From Candidatus Adlerbacteria bacterium (GTDB lineage Bacteria > Patescibacteriota > Minisyncoccia > Phycocordibacterales > SBAW01), in the NCBI GenBank assembly GCA_026397405.1, contig JAPLUW010000001.1, positions 239,825 through 303,824 on the forward strand: a stretch of DNA of 64,000 nucleotides, written 5' to 3'. Below, one piece after another: positions 8,410 to 17,581 of this stretch (position 1 is its first letter; each line of letters opens with the position of its first letter). The notes under the pieces are model-generated. The model was given only the letters and a program-made list of their open reading frames with translations, had not been told where the DNA came from and ran no database searches. The translations under genes were made by a program, and so were the position numbers.

Positions 8410-8934
8410 ATGTCAGGACACAGCAAGTGGGCGAAATTAAAACACACCAAAGGAAAAACCGATACACAAAAATCGAAGCTTTTTAGTAAGTTGGTTAAAA
8501 TTATTGGAGGCGAACTTAAAAAAGCGAAAGGCGACAAAACAGCTCCAGGTGTACGCCAAGCAGTCGAAAAAGCAAAAGCTGCAAACATGCCTGCGAACAA
8601 CATCGAGCGCGCACTAAGTAAATCGGACGGAAAAGAACTTGAACAGGTTGTATACGAAGCCTATGGTCCAGGCGGCTGTGCACTTATTATCGAAGGCTAC
8701 ACTGACTCGCGTAACCGCACCTCGCAGGAATTGAAACATCTCCTGAGCCTGCATGGCGGAAGTATCGCGACACCCGGTGCCGCACTATGGGCTTTCCAAA
8801 AAAATGCTGCGGGCAACCTTGAACCTCTTTCTGCTATCGAACTTTCGGACGAGGACTCACAAAAAATGGCCGACCTCTCCGACGCACTTGAAGAACACGA
8901 CGACGTGAGTGAGGTTTACTCAAATGCAGCCTAA
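8410..8934 (+). CDS. yebC: YebC/PmpR family protein (short form)
   Basis: MSGHSKWAK, YEAYGPGG, LEEHDDVSEVYSN. Confidence 0.92.
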   Translation: MSGHSKWAKLKHTKGKTDTQKSKLFSKLVKIIGGELKKAKGDKTAPGVRQAVEKAKAANMPANNIERALSKSDGKELEQVVYEAYGPGGCALIIEGYTDSRNRTSQELKHLLSLHGGSIATPGAALWAFQKNAAGNLEPLSAIELSDEDSQKMADLSDALEEHDDVSEVYSNAA

Positions 8935-9418
8935 TAAAAATCGAGTGCTTGCGTTTGACCCCGGCTTTGAGAGGCTCGGGGTTGCCGTAGTTGAAAAAGT
9001 CCAAGGTAAAGAACAGCTGATACATTCCGACTGCATACGTACCTCTGCTTCCCTGCCGTTTGCAGAACGTCTATTGATACTAGGCCGCGCAGTAGAAGAA
9101 CTCATCGCACAGTGGGGTCCGAGTTGCGCCGCACTTGAGAATGTTTTTTTTGAAAAGAACGCAAAAACCGCGATGGACGTTGCGGCTGTGCGCGGCATGC
9201 TGCTCTACCTTGCTGCCGAGGCCGGGCTTGTGGTGTACGAATACACGCCACTACAAGTAAAGGTTGCAATTACCGGCTACGGCCAGAGCAACAAGTCGGC
9301 TGTGGGCATGATGGTGCCACGACTTGTATCGATCCCTGCCAAAAAACGTCTTGACGACGAAATAGACGCAATTGCCGTAGGTCTTACGTGTTTGGCGTCT
9401 GTCCGGAGTACCCTGTAG
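8924..9418 (+). CDS. ruvC: Crossover junction endodeoxyribonuclease RuvC
   Basis: LAFDPGFERLG, LENVFF, YTPLQVKVAITGYG, DDEIDAIAVG. Confidence 0.95.
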   Translation: MQPNKNRVLAFDPGFERLGVAVVEKVQGKEQLIHSDCIRTSASLPFAERLLILGRAVEELIAQWGPSCAALENVFFEKNAKTAMDVAAVRGMLLYLAAEAGLVVYEYTPLQVKVAITGYGQSNKSAVGMMVPRLVSIPAKKRLDDEIDAIAVGLTCLASVRSTL

Positions 9419-9422
9419 CTGT

Positions 9423-9431
9423 TTATCCACA
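9423..9431 (+). promoter_or_regulatory. Isolated DnaA box
   Basis: Perfect TTATCCACA upstream of the acidic small ORF. Confidence 0.45.
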
Positions 9432-9519
9432 GAGTTTTTTTAGTGGACTTGCAAAGAATACTGGTTTTGGTACAACTCTAGGATATTGCTGTGTAAATTA
9501 TTAAGTTAGCAACGCATAT

Positions 9520-9666
9520 ATGCCAGAAGAATTTAAGTTAGATGAGTTTTTGCTCGATGGAGATGAGGAAGAAGTAGATACTGACGACTCCGAACTCGAT
9601 GACGATGGAGAAAAGGAAGATGACGTAGATCCTACTGACCCTAATGGGCTTAGAGACCCCGAATAA
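9520..9666 (+). CDS. Very acidic 48-aa small protein (not in the ORF track)
   Basis: MPEEFKLDEFLLDGDEEEVDTDDSELDDDGEKEDDVDPTDPNGLRDPE*, 24/48 D or E; upstream TTGCAA/TACAAC promoter-like site, downstream terminator. Confidence 0.65.
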   Translation: MPEEFKLDEFLLDGDEEEVDTDDSELDDDGEKEDDVDPTDPNGLRDPE

Positions 9667-9667
9667 T

Positions 9668-9695
9668 AAAAAAACCGCCACATGGCGGTTTTTTT
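9668..9695. terminator. Bidirectional intrinsic terminator
   Basis: AAAAAAACCGCCA-CA-TGGCGGTTTTTTT between the acidic ORF and tyrS. Confidence 0.8.
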
Positions 9696-10887
9696 ATTTG
9701 ATCTTTATAAACCGGTGCTTGCCGATACGTATCACCTCTTCGCCTTGAGCTTGGTACCCTGAGTCTGTAATTTTTTCGCCACTGGCCACAGAAGAAATTG
9801 CGCCGTTTGCCAGAAGCTGACGGAATTCGTTATTGGACTTTACAACACCCGCAGAAACAACCGACACCATCAACCCTTCAGGCTTTTTTTCTACAACTAA
9901 GACCTCTTCGGGCACCTCACCTTTTGAAAAAGTTTTTTCCCACTCTTGTTCTGCTTTTTCTGCCAACTCCTTACTGTGGTACATCGTCACAATTTCTCGC
10001 GCCAAACACATCTTTGCTTCTTTGGGGTGACCTGCCAAAATTTCTTTTACTTCGAGTAAGGGTACGCTGGTTGTACATTCAAAATAGGTCTCTACCAGCT
10101 CGTCTTTGACCGCCATCAGTTTGCCGTACATATCGCTCGGCGCATCGTCTAAGTAAATGCAATTGTTAAATGACTTGCTCATTTTGCGGCCATCGATGCC
10201 TTCAATAAGCTTAGTTGTGAGCACAAACTTGTCGCGTTTGCCGAGCGCCTGTTGCAGGTGTCGGCCGGCAAGCATGTTAAATTCTTGGTCGCTGCCACCA
10301 AGTTCGCAGTCTACGTCGAGCACAGCCGAATCGTAGCCAACCATAAGCGGATACAAAAATTCGTGAAGTGAAATAGGCTTATCTTCCTCTATACGGCGCT
10401 GGAACATGTCGCGTTTGAGCATCTGCCCTACCGTAAAGTTGCTGGCGAGTTTTACAATGTCGGAAAAATTTAGTGGTGCGAGCCATTCGCCGTTTTTGCG
10501 CACTTCTATCTTCGAGAAGTCGAGTATTTTTTGTGCCTGACGTTTATAGTCTTTAAAGTTTGCTTCTACTTGTTCCTTAGTGAGCGGTGCGCGTGCAGCG
10601 TCACGGCCGGTTGGGTCGCCTATCATGGCAGTAAAACTACCGATCACTAAAATAACTTCGTGCCCCAAGTCACAAAAAGCTTTTAATTTACGGAGCGACA
10701 GTGTGTGTCCAAGGTGGATCTGTGCACCTGTCGGGTCTATACCCCAATACACACGCAAACGTTCGCCCGAACGCAATTTTTTTACTGCCAATTCACGAGG
10801 GATAACAGTAGCGACACCTCGAGTAAGCAACTCGTCTACCGCTTTTTCATCAGTTGAAACTGCCGGAGTGCGTGAAAAAAGTGACAT
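9694..10887 (-). CDS. tyrS: Tyrosine--tRNA ligase
   Basis: GIDPTGAQIHLGH (HIGH), GGSDQEFN, KMSKS and C-terminal S4-like domain. Confidence 0.97.
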   Translation of the reverse strand: MSLFSRTPAVSTDEKAVDELLTRGVATVIPRELAVKKLRSGERLRVYWGIDPTGAQIHLGHTLSLRKLKAFCDLGHEVILVIGSFTAMIGDPTGRDAARAPLTKEQVEANFKDYKRQAQKILDFSKIEVRKNGEWLAPLNFSDIVKLASNFTVGQMLKRDMFQRRIEEDKPISLHEFLYPLMVGYDSAVLDVDCELGGSDQEFNMLAGRHLQQALGKRDKFVLTTKLIEGIDGRKMSKSFNNCIYLDDAPSDMYGKLMAVKDELVETYFECTTSVPLLEVKEILAGHPKEAKMCLAREIVTMYHSKELAEKAEQEWEKTFSKGEVPEEVLVVEKKPEGLMVSVVSAGVVKSNNEFRQLLANGAISSVASGEKITDSGYQAQGEEVIRIGKHRFIKIK

Positions 10888-10932
10888 ACAAAACACTGTA
10901 ACACGGGCGGTCGCGTGTTAGAATGGGGGCTC

Positions 10933-13095
10933 ATGAGGCAACTCCTGAAATGGGTGCGTATACATATTCGGCGACTACGCCGTTTTATACGTCGACATTG
11001 GCGAGCGGTCATTATATGGGGCCTGTGTTTGGGCTTTGTAACAGCAGGGGTACTACTTGTATGGGCTGCGACGCTACGTATCCCCGACTTGGCATCTATC
11101 CAAACACGCAAAGTCCAACAGTCGACAAAAATATATGACCGCACCGGCACCGTATTGTTGTACAACCTCAACAGCGACGCACAACGGACGGTTGTGCCTC
11201 TCACCCAGATCTCTCAAAATATTCAAAACGCAACTATCGCAATAGAAGACCCAGGCTTTTACCAACATGGCGGTATACAGGTCACTGCCATTGCCCGCGC
11301 TATTTTTATCGACATCACTACCCTCTCTGCGTCGCAAGGAGGCTCAACCATTACCCAGCAGGTGGTTAAAAACACACTTCTCACAAGTACTAAAAGTATC
11401 GCCCGTAAGTTTGAAGAATGGATTTTATCACTCAAACTTGAACGCGTACTCACAAAGTCGCAAATTCTTGAACTGTATTTAAACCAGTCACCGTACGGGG
11501 GTAGTATCTACGGGGTCGAGCAAGCGTCCGAAACATTTTTTGGCAAACATGCGTCGGACGTGGACGTTGCAGAAGCGGCGTACCTTGCCGCTGTACTCCC
11601 CGCCCCAAGCCGCTATTCCCCCTACGGTTACCACAAAGCAGAACTTGATGCCCGCAAAAACCTTGTCATTCGGGAAATGCAGCAACACGGCTACCTAACA
11701 GCGGAAGAAGCTACGAAGGCAAAAGCCGAACAGGTGACCTTTGTGCCACAACGCACAAGCTCCATCACCGCGCCGCACTTTGTATTTTATGTCCAGCAAT
11801 ATTTGGAAAATAAATATGGAGAAGATGCACTACAACACGGAGGCTGGACAATAACTTCCTCGCTAGATGCAGACTTGCAAGCAAAAGCCGAAGAAGTTGT
11901 CCAAGGGCACGCCGCAAGCAACGAAAAAAATTTTAATGCATCGAACACCGGGATGATAGCCCTCGACCCCACCAATGGCCAAATTTTGGTAATGGTAGGC
12001 TCCCGGAACTACTTCGACACAAAAATTGGTGGAAATTTCAACGTCACACTAGCAGAACGCCAGCCAGGTTCTGCATTTAAACCGTTCGTCTATGCTGAAG
12101 CGTTTGAAAAAGGCTACACTCCCGACACTGTTGTGTTTGACGTGCGAACGCAATTTTCTACCTCGTGCTCTGCCGGGGACACCACCAACAGCACTTCACC
12201 ATGTTATTCGCCGGTTAACTACGACGGGCTCTTCCGCGGCCCTATGACTCTCCGCGATGCGCTAGCGCAGTCTATAAACGTGCCCGCTATTAAAGCTCTG
12301 TACTTGGCAGGTATCGCCAACTCGCTTGAATTGGCAAAGTCTATGGGTATTTCAACCTTAGGTAAGGCGGGCCAGTACGGCTTAACGTTGGTGCTTGGTG
12401 GTGGCGAAGTAACTCTGCTCGACATGTCGAGCGCGTACGGCGTATTTGCGCAAGACGGCATGAAGTATCAACCTCAGGCAATATTAAAAATTCAAGACGC
12501 GAGCGGAAGTATCATTGAAGACAATACACAAACTGCAGGCACACAGGTGTTGCAGCCAGACATTGCACAAAAAATAAATGACATTCTCTCCGACCCGGTT
12601 GCCCGCGCACCGCTTGGCGAAAACGACCTGCTGCAGTTCCCTGGCCACGACGTAGCGGTTAAAACCGGTACAACAAACGACTATAAAGACGCGTGGACTA
12701 TCGGGTACACCCCTAACCTGGTTGTAGGTATTTGGGCTGGGAACAACGACAACACCCCCATGGTTAAAAAGGTCTCAGGCTTTATTGTGGGCCCTATGTG
12801 GCACGAATTTATGGCCTATGCGTTAGGTAAAATACCGAACCAAGCCTTTACACGCAGCGAGCCAGACTACAGCACTACCAAACCTGCCCTGCGAGGGGCA
12901 TGGCAAGTGCCAGGGAGCGACGGGCAGTATCACGAAATACTGTACTGGGTAGATACCGACAACCCGACCGGCCCCCCACCAAGCAACCCAGGTGCCGACC
13001 CGCAGTTTGCCCGTTGGGATATCCCTGTGCAAAACTGGCTCGCACAAAATAGCGCACCTGCACAACCAACAGCTCATGCTGCTCCCATTCAATAA
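10933..13095 (+). CDS. Class A penicillin-binding protein (PBP1A family)
   Basis: N-terminal TM; transglycosylase IEDPGFYQHGG, GGSTITQQ, RKFEE; transpeptidase SAFK, SIN, KTGT. Confidence 0.95.
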   Translation: MRQLLKWVRIHIRRLRRFIRRHWRAVIIWGLCLGFVTAGVLLVWAATLRIPDLASIQTRKVQQSTKIYDRTGTVLLYNLNSDAQRTVVPLTQISQNIQNATIAIEDPGFYQHGGIQVTAIARAIFIDITTLSASQGGSTITQQVVKNTLLTSTKSIARKFEEWILSLKLERVLTKSQILELYLNQSPYGGSIYGVEQASETFFGKHASDVDVAEAAYLAAVLPAPSRYSPYGYHKAELDARKNLVIREMQQHGYLTAEEATKAKAEQVTFVPQRTSSITAPHFVFYVQQYLENKYGEDALQHGGWTITSSLDADLQAKAEEVVQGHAASNEKNFNASNTGMIALDPTNGQILVMVGSRNYFDTKIGGNFNVTLAERQPGSAFKPFVYAEAFEKGYTPDTVVFDVRTQFSTSCSAGDTTNSTSPCYSPVNYDGLFRGPMTLRDALAQSINVPAIKALYLAGIANSLELAKSMGISTLGKAGQYGLTLVLGGGEVTLLDMSSAYGVFAQDGMKYQPQAILKIQDASGSIIEDNTQTAGTQVLQPDIAQKINDILSDPVARAPLGENDLLQFPGHDVAVKTGTTNDYKDAWTIGYTPNLVVGIWAGNNDNTPMVKKVSGFIVGPMWHEFMAYALGKIPNQAFTRSEPDYSTTKPALRGAWQVPGSDGQYHEILYWVDTDNPTGPPPSNPGADPQFARWDIPVQNWLAQNSAPAQPTAHAAPIQ

Positions 13096-13124
13096 AACGT
13101 ATACCTTCTAGAAAACAACAGAGG

Positions 13125-14222
13125 CTACCTGTTCATCGGCATTGCGAGGTAGAAGAATGACTCGTCTCCTGCATCTTTAATAAGCATAGGCTTCCCTGGG
13201 CCGTTGGCGTGCAGGCGCACACTGTCACCCGAAATAGACTGCAGGCTATCTGCTAGGTAGCGGCCATTAAACGACATAGTTAGTTCGTCGCCAGAAATTG
13301 TTGCGCGCACGGTTGATGTTTGCTCGCCCACGTCGGGGTTGCGGGACGAAAGCAGTACTGACTTTTTTGCCGGCTCTATCGCAAGCGACACCTGAGAAAA
13401 TTTGTCCGCAAAAATAGAAAGAGACTTCAAGGCAGTTGAGACATCTTCACGCAGTACAACTGCCTCGGTTGAAAATGTCTTTGGAACAATTTGTCTATAG
13501 TTTGGAAACGCCGCGTCTATGATGCGGCTCGTGTAGTACACATTGCCCACATGGGTCGAGAGCTGGTTTTCATTAAAATATACTTCTGCCTCCCCACCCA
13601 CACTGTCGAGGATGCGCATCAACTCTGCTGCGTTGCGTGCAGGTACAAGCAACTGCGGTGTACTCCCCCCACCCCGCAGTGGTACGGTTTTTTCCGCAAG
13701 GCGGAACGAGTCTGTAGCAACTGCTGTAAGCTTTCCGCCTTCGCCAAACAACAAAACACTCTGTAATTCCGGTTTTACAGCTGAAAGTGACGCGCAGTAC
13801 GCAACACTGCGAATAGCCTTAGAAAGGTCGCTGCTTTTTGCAGTAAACGACTTCTCTGCCGAAACGCGTGGCAGTACAGGAAAGTCGTCATGCGGAATTG
13901 TTTTTATCGCAGCCGACGCACGCTCAGTTTCAACCTTAAACAATTCACCGACCAGAGACCCCGACACTACTTTGCCGCGCGCATTGTTTAAAAAGCCCGC
14001 AAAAATCGTTGCAGGAAGTGCCGCGATACCGTCTGCACTCACTTTTGCAGGCACGGTTATCTCAACTCCACATTCGAGGTTTGTTGCACGTAATGTAAGA
14101 CGGCCGTTTTCTGCAGCGAGTAGTATTGCAGAAAGTGCCGGTAGGTTTGCGCGGCGTTCAACAAAACGTGCAGCTGTTGCAACTGCCTGGGACAACTCGT
14201 CGGTATTAGTTTCAAATTTCAT
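13125..14222 (-). CDS. dnaN: DNA polymerase III beta clamp
   Basis: ATNLE, VATDSFRLAE, FPNYRQIVP, C-terminal MPM; adjacent to dnaA. Confidence 0.97.
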   Translation of the reverse strand: MKFETNTDELSQAVATAARFVERRANLPALSAILLAAENGRLTLRATNLECGVEITVPAKVSADGIAALPATIFAGFLNNARGKVVSGSLVGELFKVETERASAAIKTIPHDDFPVLPRVSAEKSFTAKSSDLSKAIRSVAYCASLSAVKPELQSVLLFGEGGKLTAVATDSFRLAEKTVPLRGGGSTPQLLVPARNAAELMRILDSVGGEAEVYFNENQLSTHVGNVYYTSRIIDAAFPNYRQIVPKTFSTEAVVLREDVSTALKSLSIFADKFSQVSLAIEPAKKSVLLSSRNPDVGEQTSTVRATISGDELTMSFNGRYLADSLQSISGDSVRLHANGPGKPMLIKDAGDESFFYLAMPMNR

Positions 14223-14420
14223 ATATTTAAATAAAAGTTTTACCTACTACTAAGGGTGTGTATAGGTCGAACAAGTCTAATACATGTTGTCCTGCAAAGG
14301 TAGAAGTAGAATTTAAAAAACGAAATACGTGTTGGTATGTGGTAACAACTTCTGTTGATAACTTTATTTGTGCGTAGTTGTTCATGGTGTTTTCAGGTGT
14401 TGTTAGGTGTGTTATCCACA
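14223..14420. other. Probable oriC (dnaA-dnaN intergenic)
   Basis: TTATCCACA at 14412-14420, further box-like TGTTGATAA and TGTGGTAAC, AT-rich segment; more boxes upstream of dnaA (TTGTGCACA, TGTGGAGAA ~15820-15840). Confidence 0.7.
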
Positions 14421-15764
14421 TCATTTCAACATAAGGCGAATCTGGTTTAACTCGCTTGTGAGCACGCTGTCGCTACGTAGGTCGTTTTTTATTTTTTCGC
14501 ACGAGTGGATAACTGTTGTATGGTCGCGGCCGCCAAGCTTCTCCCCTATTGTGGGGAATGATATCTTAAAATCTTCGCGTAACAAAAACATAATCATCTG
14601 GCGAGGGCGCACCACTTCTTTACGGCGTGTTTTTTCGTAAATACTGTGTTCTTCGACCCCGTAGAAGGCAGAAATTGTGCGCACTACCTCCTGCACAGAG
14701 ACCGCCTTTTTTGTAGCGTTAGATGCGCCACGCAACAACATTTTTGCGTCGTTTATTGTTAGCGGCTCGCTGCCGCGTAGCTCGAATTGTATAAGGAGTA
14801 GATTTAATGCACCCTCCAGTTCACGGACGTTACCCTCAACCGCAGTTGCTAAGTATTCGAGCACTTCGTCGGGCAAAATAACGTTGTGTGCAGAGGCTTT
14901 TGTGCGGACAATAGCCAGACGTGACTCATGGTCGGGCGGGGTTACGGAAAGTATCATCCCCGCGCTAAAGCGCGACTTTAAGCGGTCTTCCAAGTTTTGT
15001 ATAACGTTTGGATGTTGGTCGGAAGAAAAAATCAGCTGTTTGTTACTGTCATGGAGGAAGTTAAACAAATGGAAAAATTCTTCTTTTGTTTTTTCCATCT
15101 TCGCCAAAAATTGCACGTCGTCCATGATAAGCAAGTCGTACTGGCGGTACTTTTCTTTAAACGACTGCACCTTCCCTGCTTGTAGTGATGACACATAGTC
15201 CATGGAAAACTTTTCCGAGGTTACGTACTGTACTTTTCGCTCAGGTGCGTTAACGCGGAAGTGGTTCCCTATCGCCTGTATAAGGTGTGTTTTACCCAAA
15301 CCGGTGGGGCCGTAGATAAGTAATGGGTTGTACGCGCTACCTGGCTTGCGTATAACGGCTTGTGCGGCTGCGTGCGCAAGTTCGTTAAAGGGCCCTACAA
15401 CAAACGACTGTAGGGTAAAACGCGGGTTCAGGTTTGTTTTTGCATGAACGTTTTCAAGCGGCAACTCCGACGGTGCTGCTGGTACGGTACGTGCATCTTC
15501 TACATTTTTTTTAGGTCCGCGTGAGATTATATATTCGACTGTGCGTACCGTGTCGGAAAGTCCGCGCAGTGAGCGTAAGATATCTTTATGAAATTTAGTC
15601 GAAAGCCAGTCGCGAGCAAATTGTGATGGTACACCAAGGTAGACTGTCCCCTCTTCGACTCGTACTACGTGTGTGTCTTTAAACCAGGTATTAAAATTTG
15701 GCTTGGAGATAGTAAGTTCAAGCTCAACAAGTGCGTTTTCCCAAAGTTCTTTCGTGGTGGTCAT
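14421..15764 (-). CDS. dnaA: Chromosomal replication initiator DnaA
   Basis: NFNTWF, YNPLLIYGPTGLGKTHL, DLLIMDDVQ, RLKSRF, GGRDHTTVIH; start taken at MTTTKELW. Confidence 0.97.
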   Translation of the reverse strand: MTTTKELWENALVELELTISKPNFNTWFKDTHVVRVEEGTVYLGVPSQFARDWLSTKFHKDILRSLRGLSDTVRTVEYIISRGPKKNVEDARTVPAAPSELPLENVHAKTNLNPRFTLQSFVVGPFNELAHAAAQAVIRKPGSAYNPLLIYGPTGLGKTHLIQAIGNHFRVNAPERKVQYVTSEKFSMDYVSSLQAGKVQSFKEKYRQYDLLIMDDVQFLAKMEKTKEEFFHLFNFLHDSNKQLIFSSDQHPNVIQNLEDRLKSRFSAGMILSVTPPDHESRLAIVRTKASAHNVILPDEVLEYLATAVEGNVRELEGALNLLLIQFELRGSEPLTINDAKMLLRGASNATKKAVSVQEVVRTISAFYGVEEHSIYEKTRRKEVVRPRQMIMFLLREDFKISFPTIGEKLGGRDHTTVIHSCEKIKNDLRSDSVLTSELNQIRLMLK

Positions 15765-15865
15765 GGAGGAGGTGGCCTTAAGGATACGCGGGATAGTCTG
15801 GCCCGTCAAAAAACGCGCTTTGTGCACAAGTTGTGGAGAAACTGGGTATAGAGTATATTTGACAC

Positions 15866-16000
15866 ATGTCGCAAACCTACCAGCCAAAAAAGCGTAAGCG
15901 CGCACGTGCACACGGGTTCCTTAAGCGTGCCCGCACCCCAGGGGGTCAGAAAACCGTTGCCCGCAGACGCCACAAAGGCCGCGCTCGTGTAACAGTCTAA
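15866..16000 (+). CDS. rpmH: 50S ribosomal protein L34 (not in the ORF track)
   Basis: [44 protein letters not shown]; canonical position between dnaA and rnpA. Confidence 0.95.
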   Translation: MSQTYQPKKRKRARAHGFLKRARTPGGQKTVARRRHKGRARVTV

Positions 16001-16008
16001 TACCAGCC

Positions 16009-16323
16009 ATGCTTCCAAAACGGAGGCGGCTTAGCGCTGCAGAAGTGAGGAATATCATTACGGCAGGCCGCTCTGGCCGGGCCGGATTCCTTTCTGTAAA
16101 ACATATACCTAGCACCCAGCAACTCCGTGCTGCGGTAGTAGTGTCTAAAAAGGTGGCAAGGGGTGCTGTCGAGCGCAACCGCCTGCGCCGGGCAGTGTAC
16201 CGGGCGCTTGTACCCTTTTTGAGTACAGGAGACGTGGTTATATTCGTGCAAAAAGTTCCAACCGCCCCCTTGGCTCCGATCTTTCGAGAAGAATTAATGG
16301 TATTGTTGAAGAAGAACGGCTAA
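16009..16323 (+). CDS. rnpA: Ribonuclease P protein component
   Basis: VVSKKVARGAVERNRLRR motif; synteny. Confidence 0.92.
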   Translation: MLPKRRRLSAAEVRNIITAGRSGRAGFLSVKHIPSTQQLRAAVVVSKKVARGAVERNRLRRAVYRALVPFLSTGDVVIFVQKVPTAPLAPIFREELMVLLKKNG

Positions 16324-16325
16324 TT

Positions 16326-17042
16326 ATGTTTCATACTTTTCTTATAAACCCCATATACAACGCGTTTATTTACCTTATTGGTGTTATGCCAGGAGGAGAC
16401 GTGGGTCTGGCAATTATCGCGATGACGCTGCTTATACGTATAGTGTTTTACCCGCTGTTTGCATCCAACATCCGTACCCAGATGGGCATGCAGGCAGCGC
16501 AGGTGGAGTTGAACGAGATAAATAAAAAATACAAAGACAACGCAGACGAACGTGCAAAGCGCACGATGGAGTTATTTAAGCAACATAAAGTGCGGCCACT
16601 CAGCGCTTTTTTCGCACTACTTGTGCAGATACCAGTATTTTTAGCCCTCTACTACGCGTTCTTCCGCGAAGATCTGCCTAAAATAGCTACAGAACTGCTC
16701 TATTCGTTTGTGTCGGTACCCACGGTAGTAAGTACCAACTTTTTTGGTTTAATCGACCTGTTACTCAAACACAATATTTTCCTTGCTGTGGTGGTTGCCT
16801 TGCTGCAGTACGCAGTTATTAAACTTTCTTTGTTTCGCACAACCGCTGTTGCGACTGGCGTAGACCCAGAAAAAGAAATGAGCCAAAAGCTCCAGCAGGG
16901 CATGATGCTGTACTTCCTGCCCGGGCTTATGGGCGTTGTATCTTACACGCTCCCTGCGGCAGTTGGCATATACTTTGCCGCAGGTAGCGTAATTTCATTA
17001 GGGCAAGAATGGATAATCCAGCGCCAGATGCAGAAAAAATAG
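16326..17042 (+). CDS. yidC: Membrane protein insertase YidC (short, monoderm-like form)
   Basis: GLAIIAMTLLIRIVFYPL, KKYKD...MELFKQHKVRP, LLVQIPVF, PAAVGIYF. Confidence 0.92.
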   Translation: MFHTFLINPIYNAFIYLIGVMPGGDVGLAIIAMTLLIRIVFYPLFASNIRTQMGMQAAQVELNEINKKYKDNADERAKRTMELFKQHKVRPLSAFFALLVQIPVFLALYYAFFREDLPKIATELLYSFVSVPTVVSTNFFGLIDLLLKHNIFLAVVVALLQYAVIKLSLFRTTAVATGVDPEKEMSQKLQQGMMLYFLPGLMGVVSYTLPAAVGIYFAAGSVISLGQEWIIQRQMQKK

Positions 17043-17105
17043 CAACCTAGCCTGTCCGCCGCCGCCGGGTTGCGCGGCACGGGGCACCTAGAGTATTGTG
17101 GCTCT

Positions 17106-17573
17106 ATGACTCCCGAGCTTCTCCAAAATACAGTTTCTACACTGGTTGGGTTGCTCGGCCTTTCGGTTACAAATGTTGCAGTTTCTTCAGGCCACCGCAC
17201 TGTTGTTGCTGTCACCTCCCCCGATGCAGAGCTGCTTATAGGCCAGGATGGCGAACATCTGCGTGCATTAAATGCAGTTGCGCGGAGGTTAGTTGAAAAA
17301 AAGTATGGTGTAGAGGCTGCGAGCTTTCTTATTGATGTAAACGGCTACCACGAACAGCAGATGGAAACAGTTCGCGCAAACGCACGCTTGTTGGCCCAGA
17401 GGGTGCGACTTTTTAAACACGACGTAGAGATGCCACCGCTCAGTTCGTACGAACGCTTAGTGGTGCACGAGTTATTTGCTAACGATGCAGAAGTCGGAAC
17501 CCGCTCCGAAGGCGAAGGTAAATTCCGCCATATTGTGCTTGCAGCCCGTGGTACCGACAAAGCCTCTTTATAA
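17106..17573 (+). CDS. jag: Jag/KhpB-like KH-R3H RNA-binding protein
   Basis: LLIGQDGEHLRAL (KH), DVNGY, SYERLVVH (R3H), SEGEG. Confidence 0.85.
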   Translation: MTPELLQNTVSTLVGLLGLSVTNVAVSSGHRTVVAVTSPDAELLIGQDGEHLRALNAVARRLVEKKYGVEAASFLIDVNGYHEQQMETVRANARLLAQRVRLFKHDVEMPPLSSYERLVVHELFANDAEVGTRSEGEGKFRHIVLAARGTDKASL

Positions 17574-17581
17574 TTTTTATA

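Noticed and set aside
15765-15911. N-terminal extension of DnaA in the ORF track
   Set aside because: It overlaps rpmH and DnaA boxes; the true start is most likely MTTTKELW at 15764.
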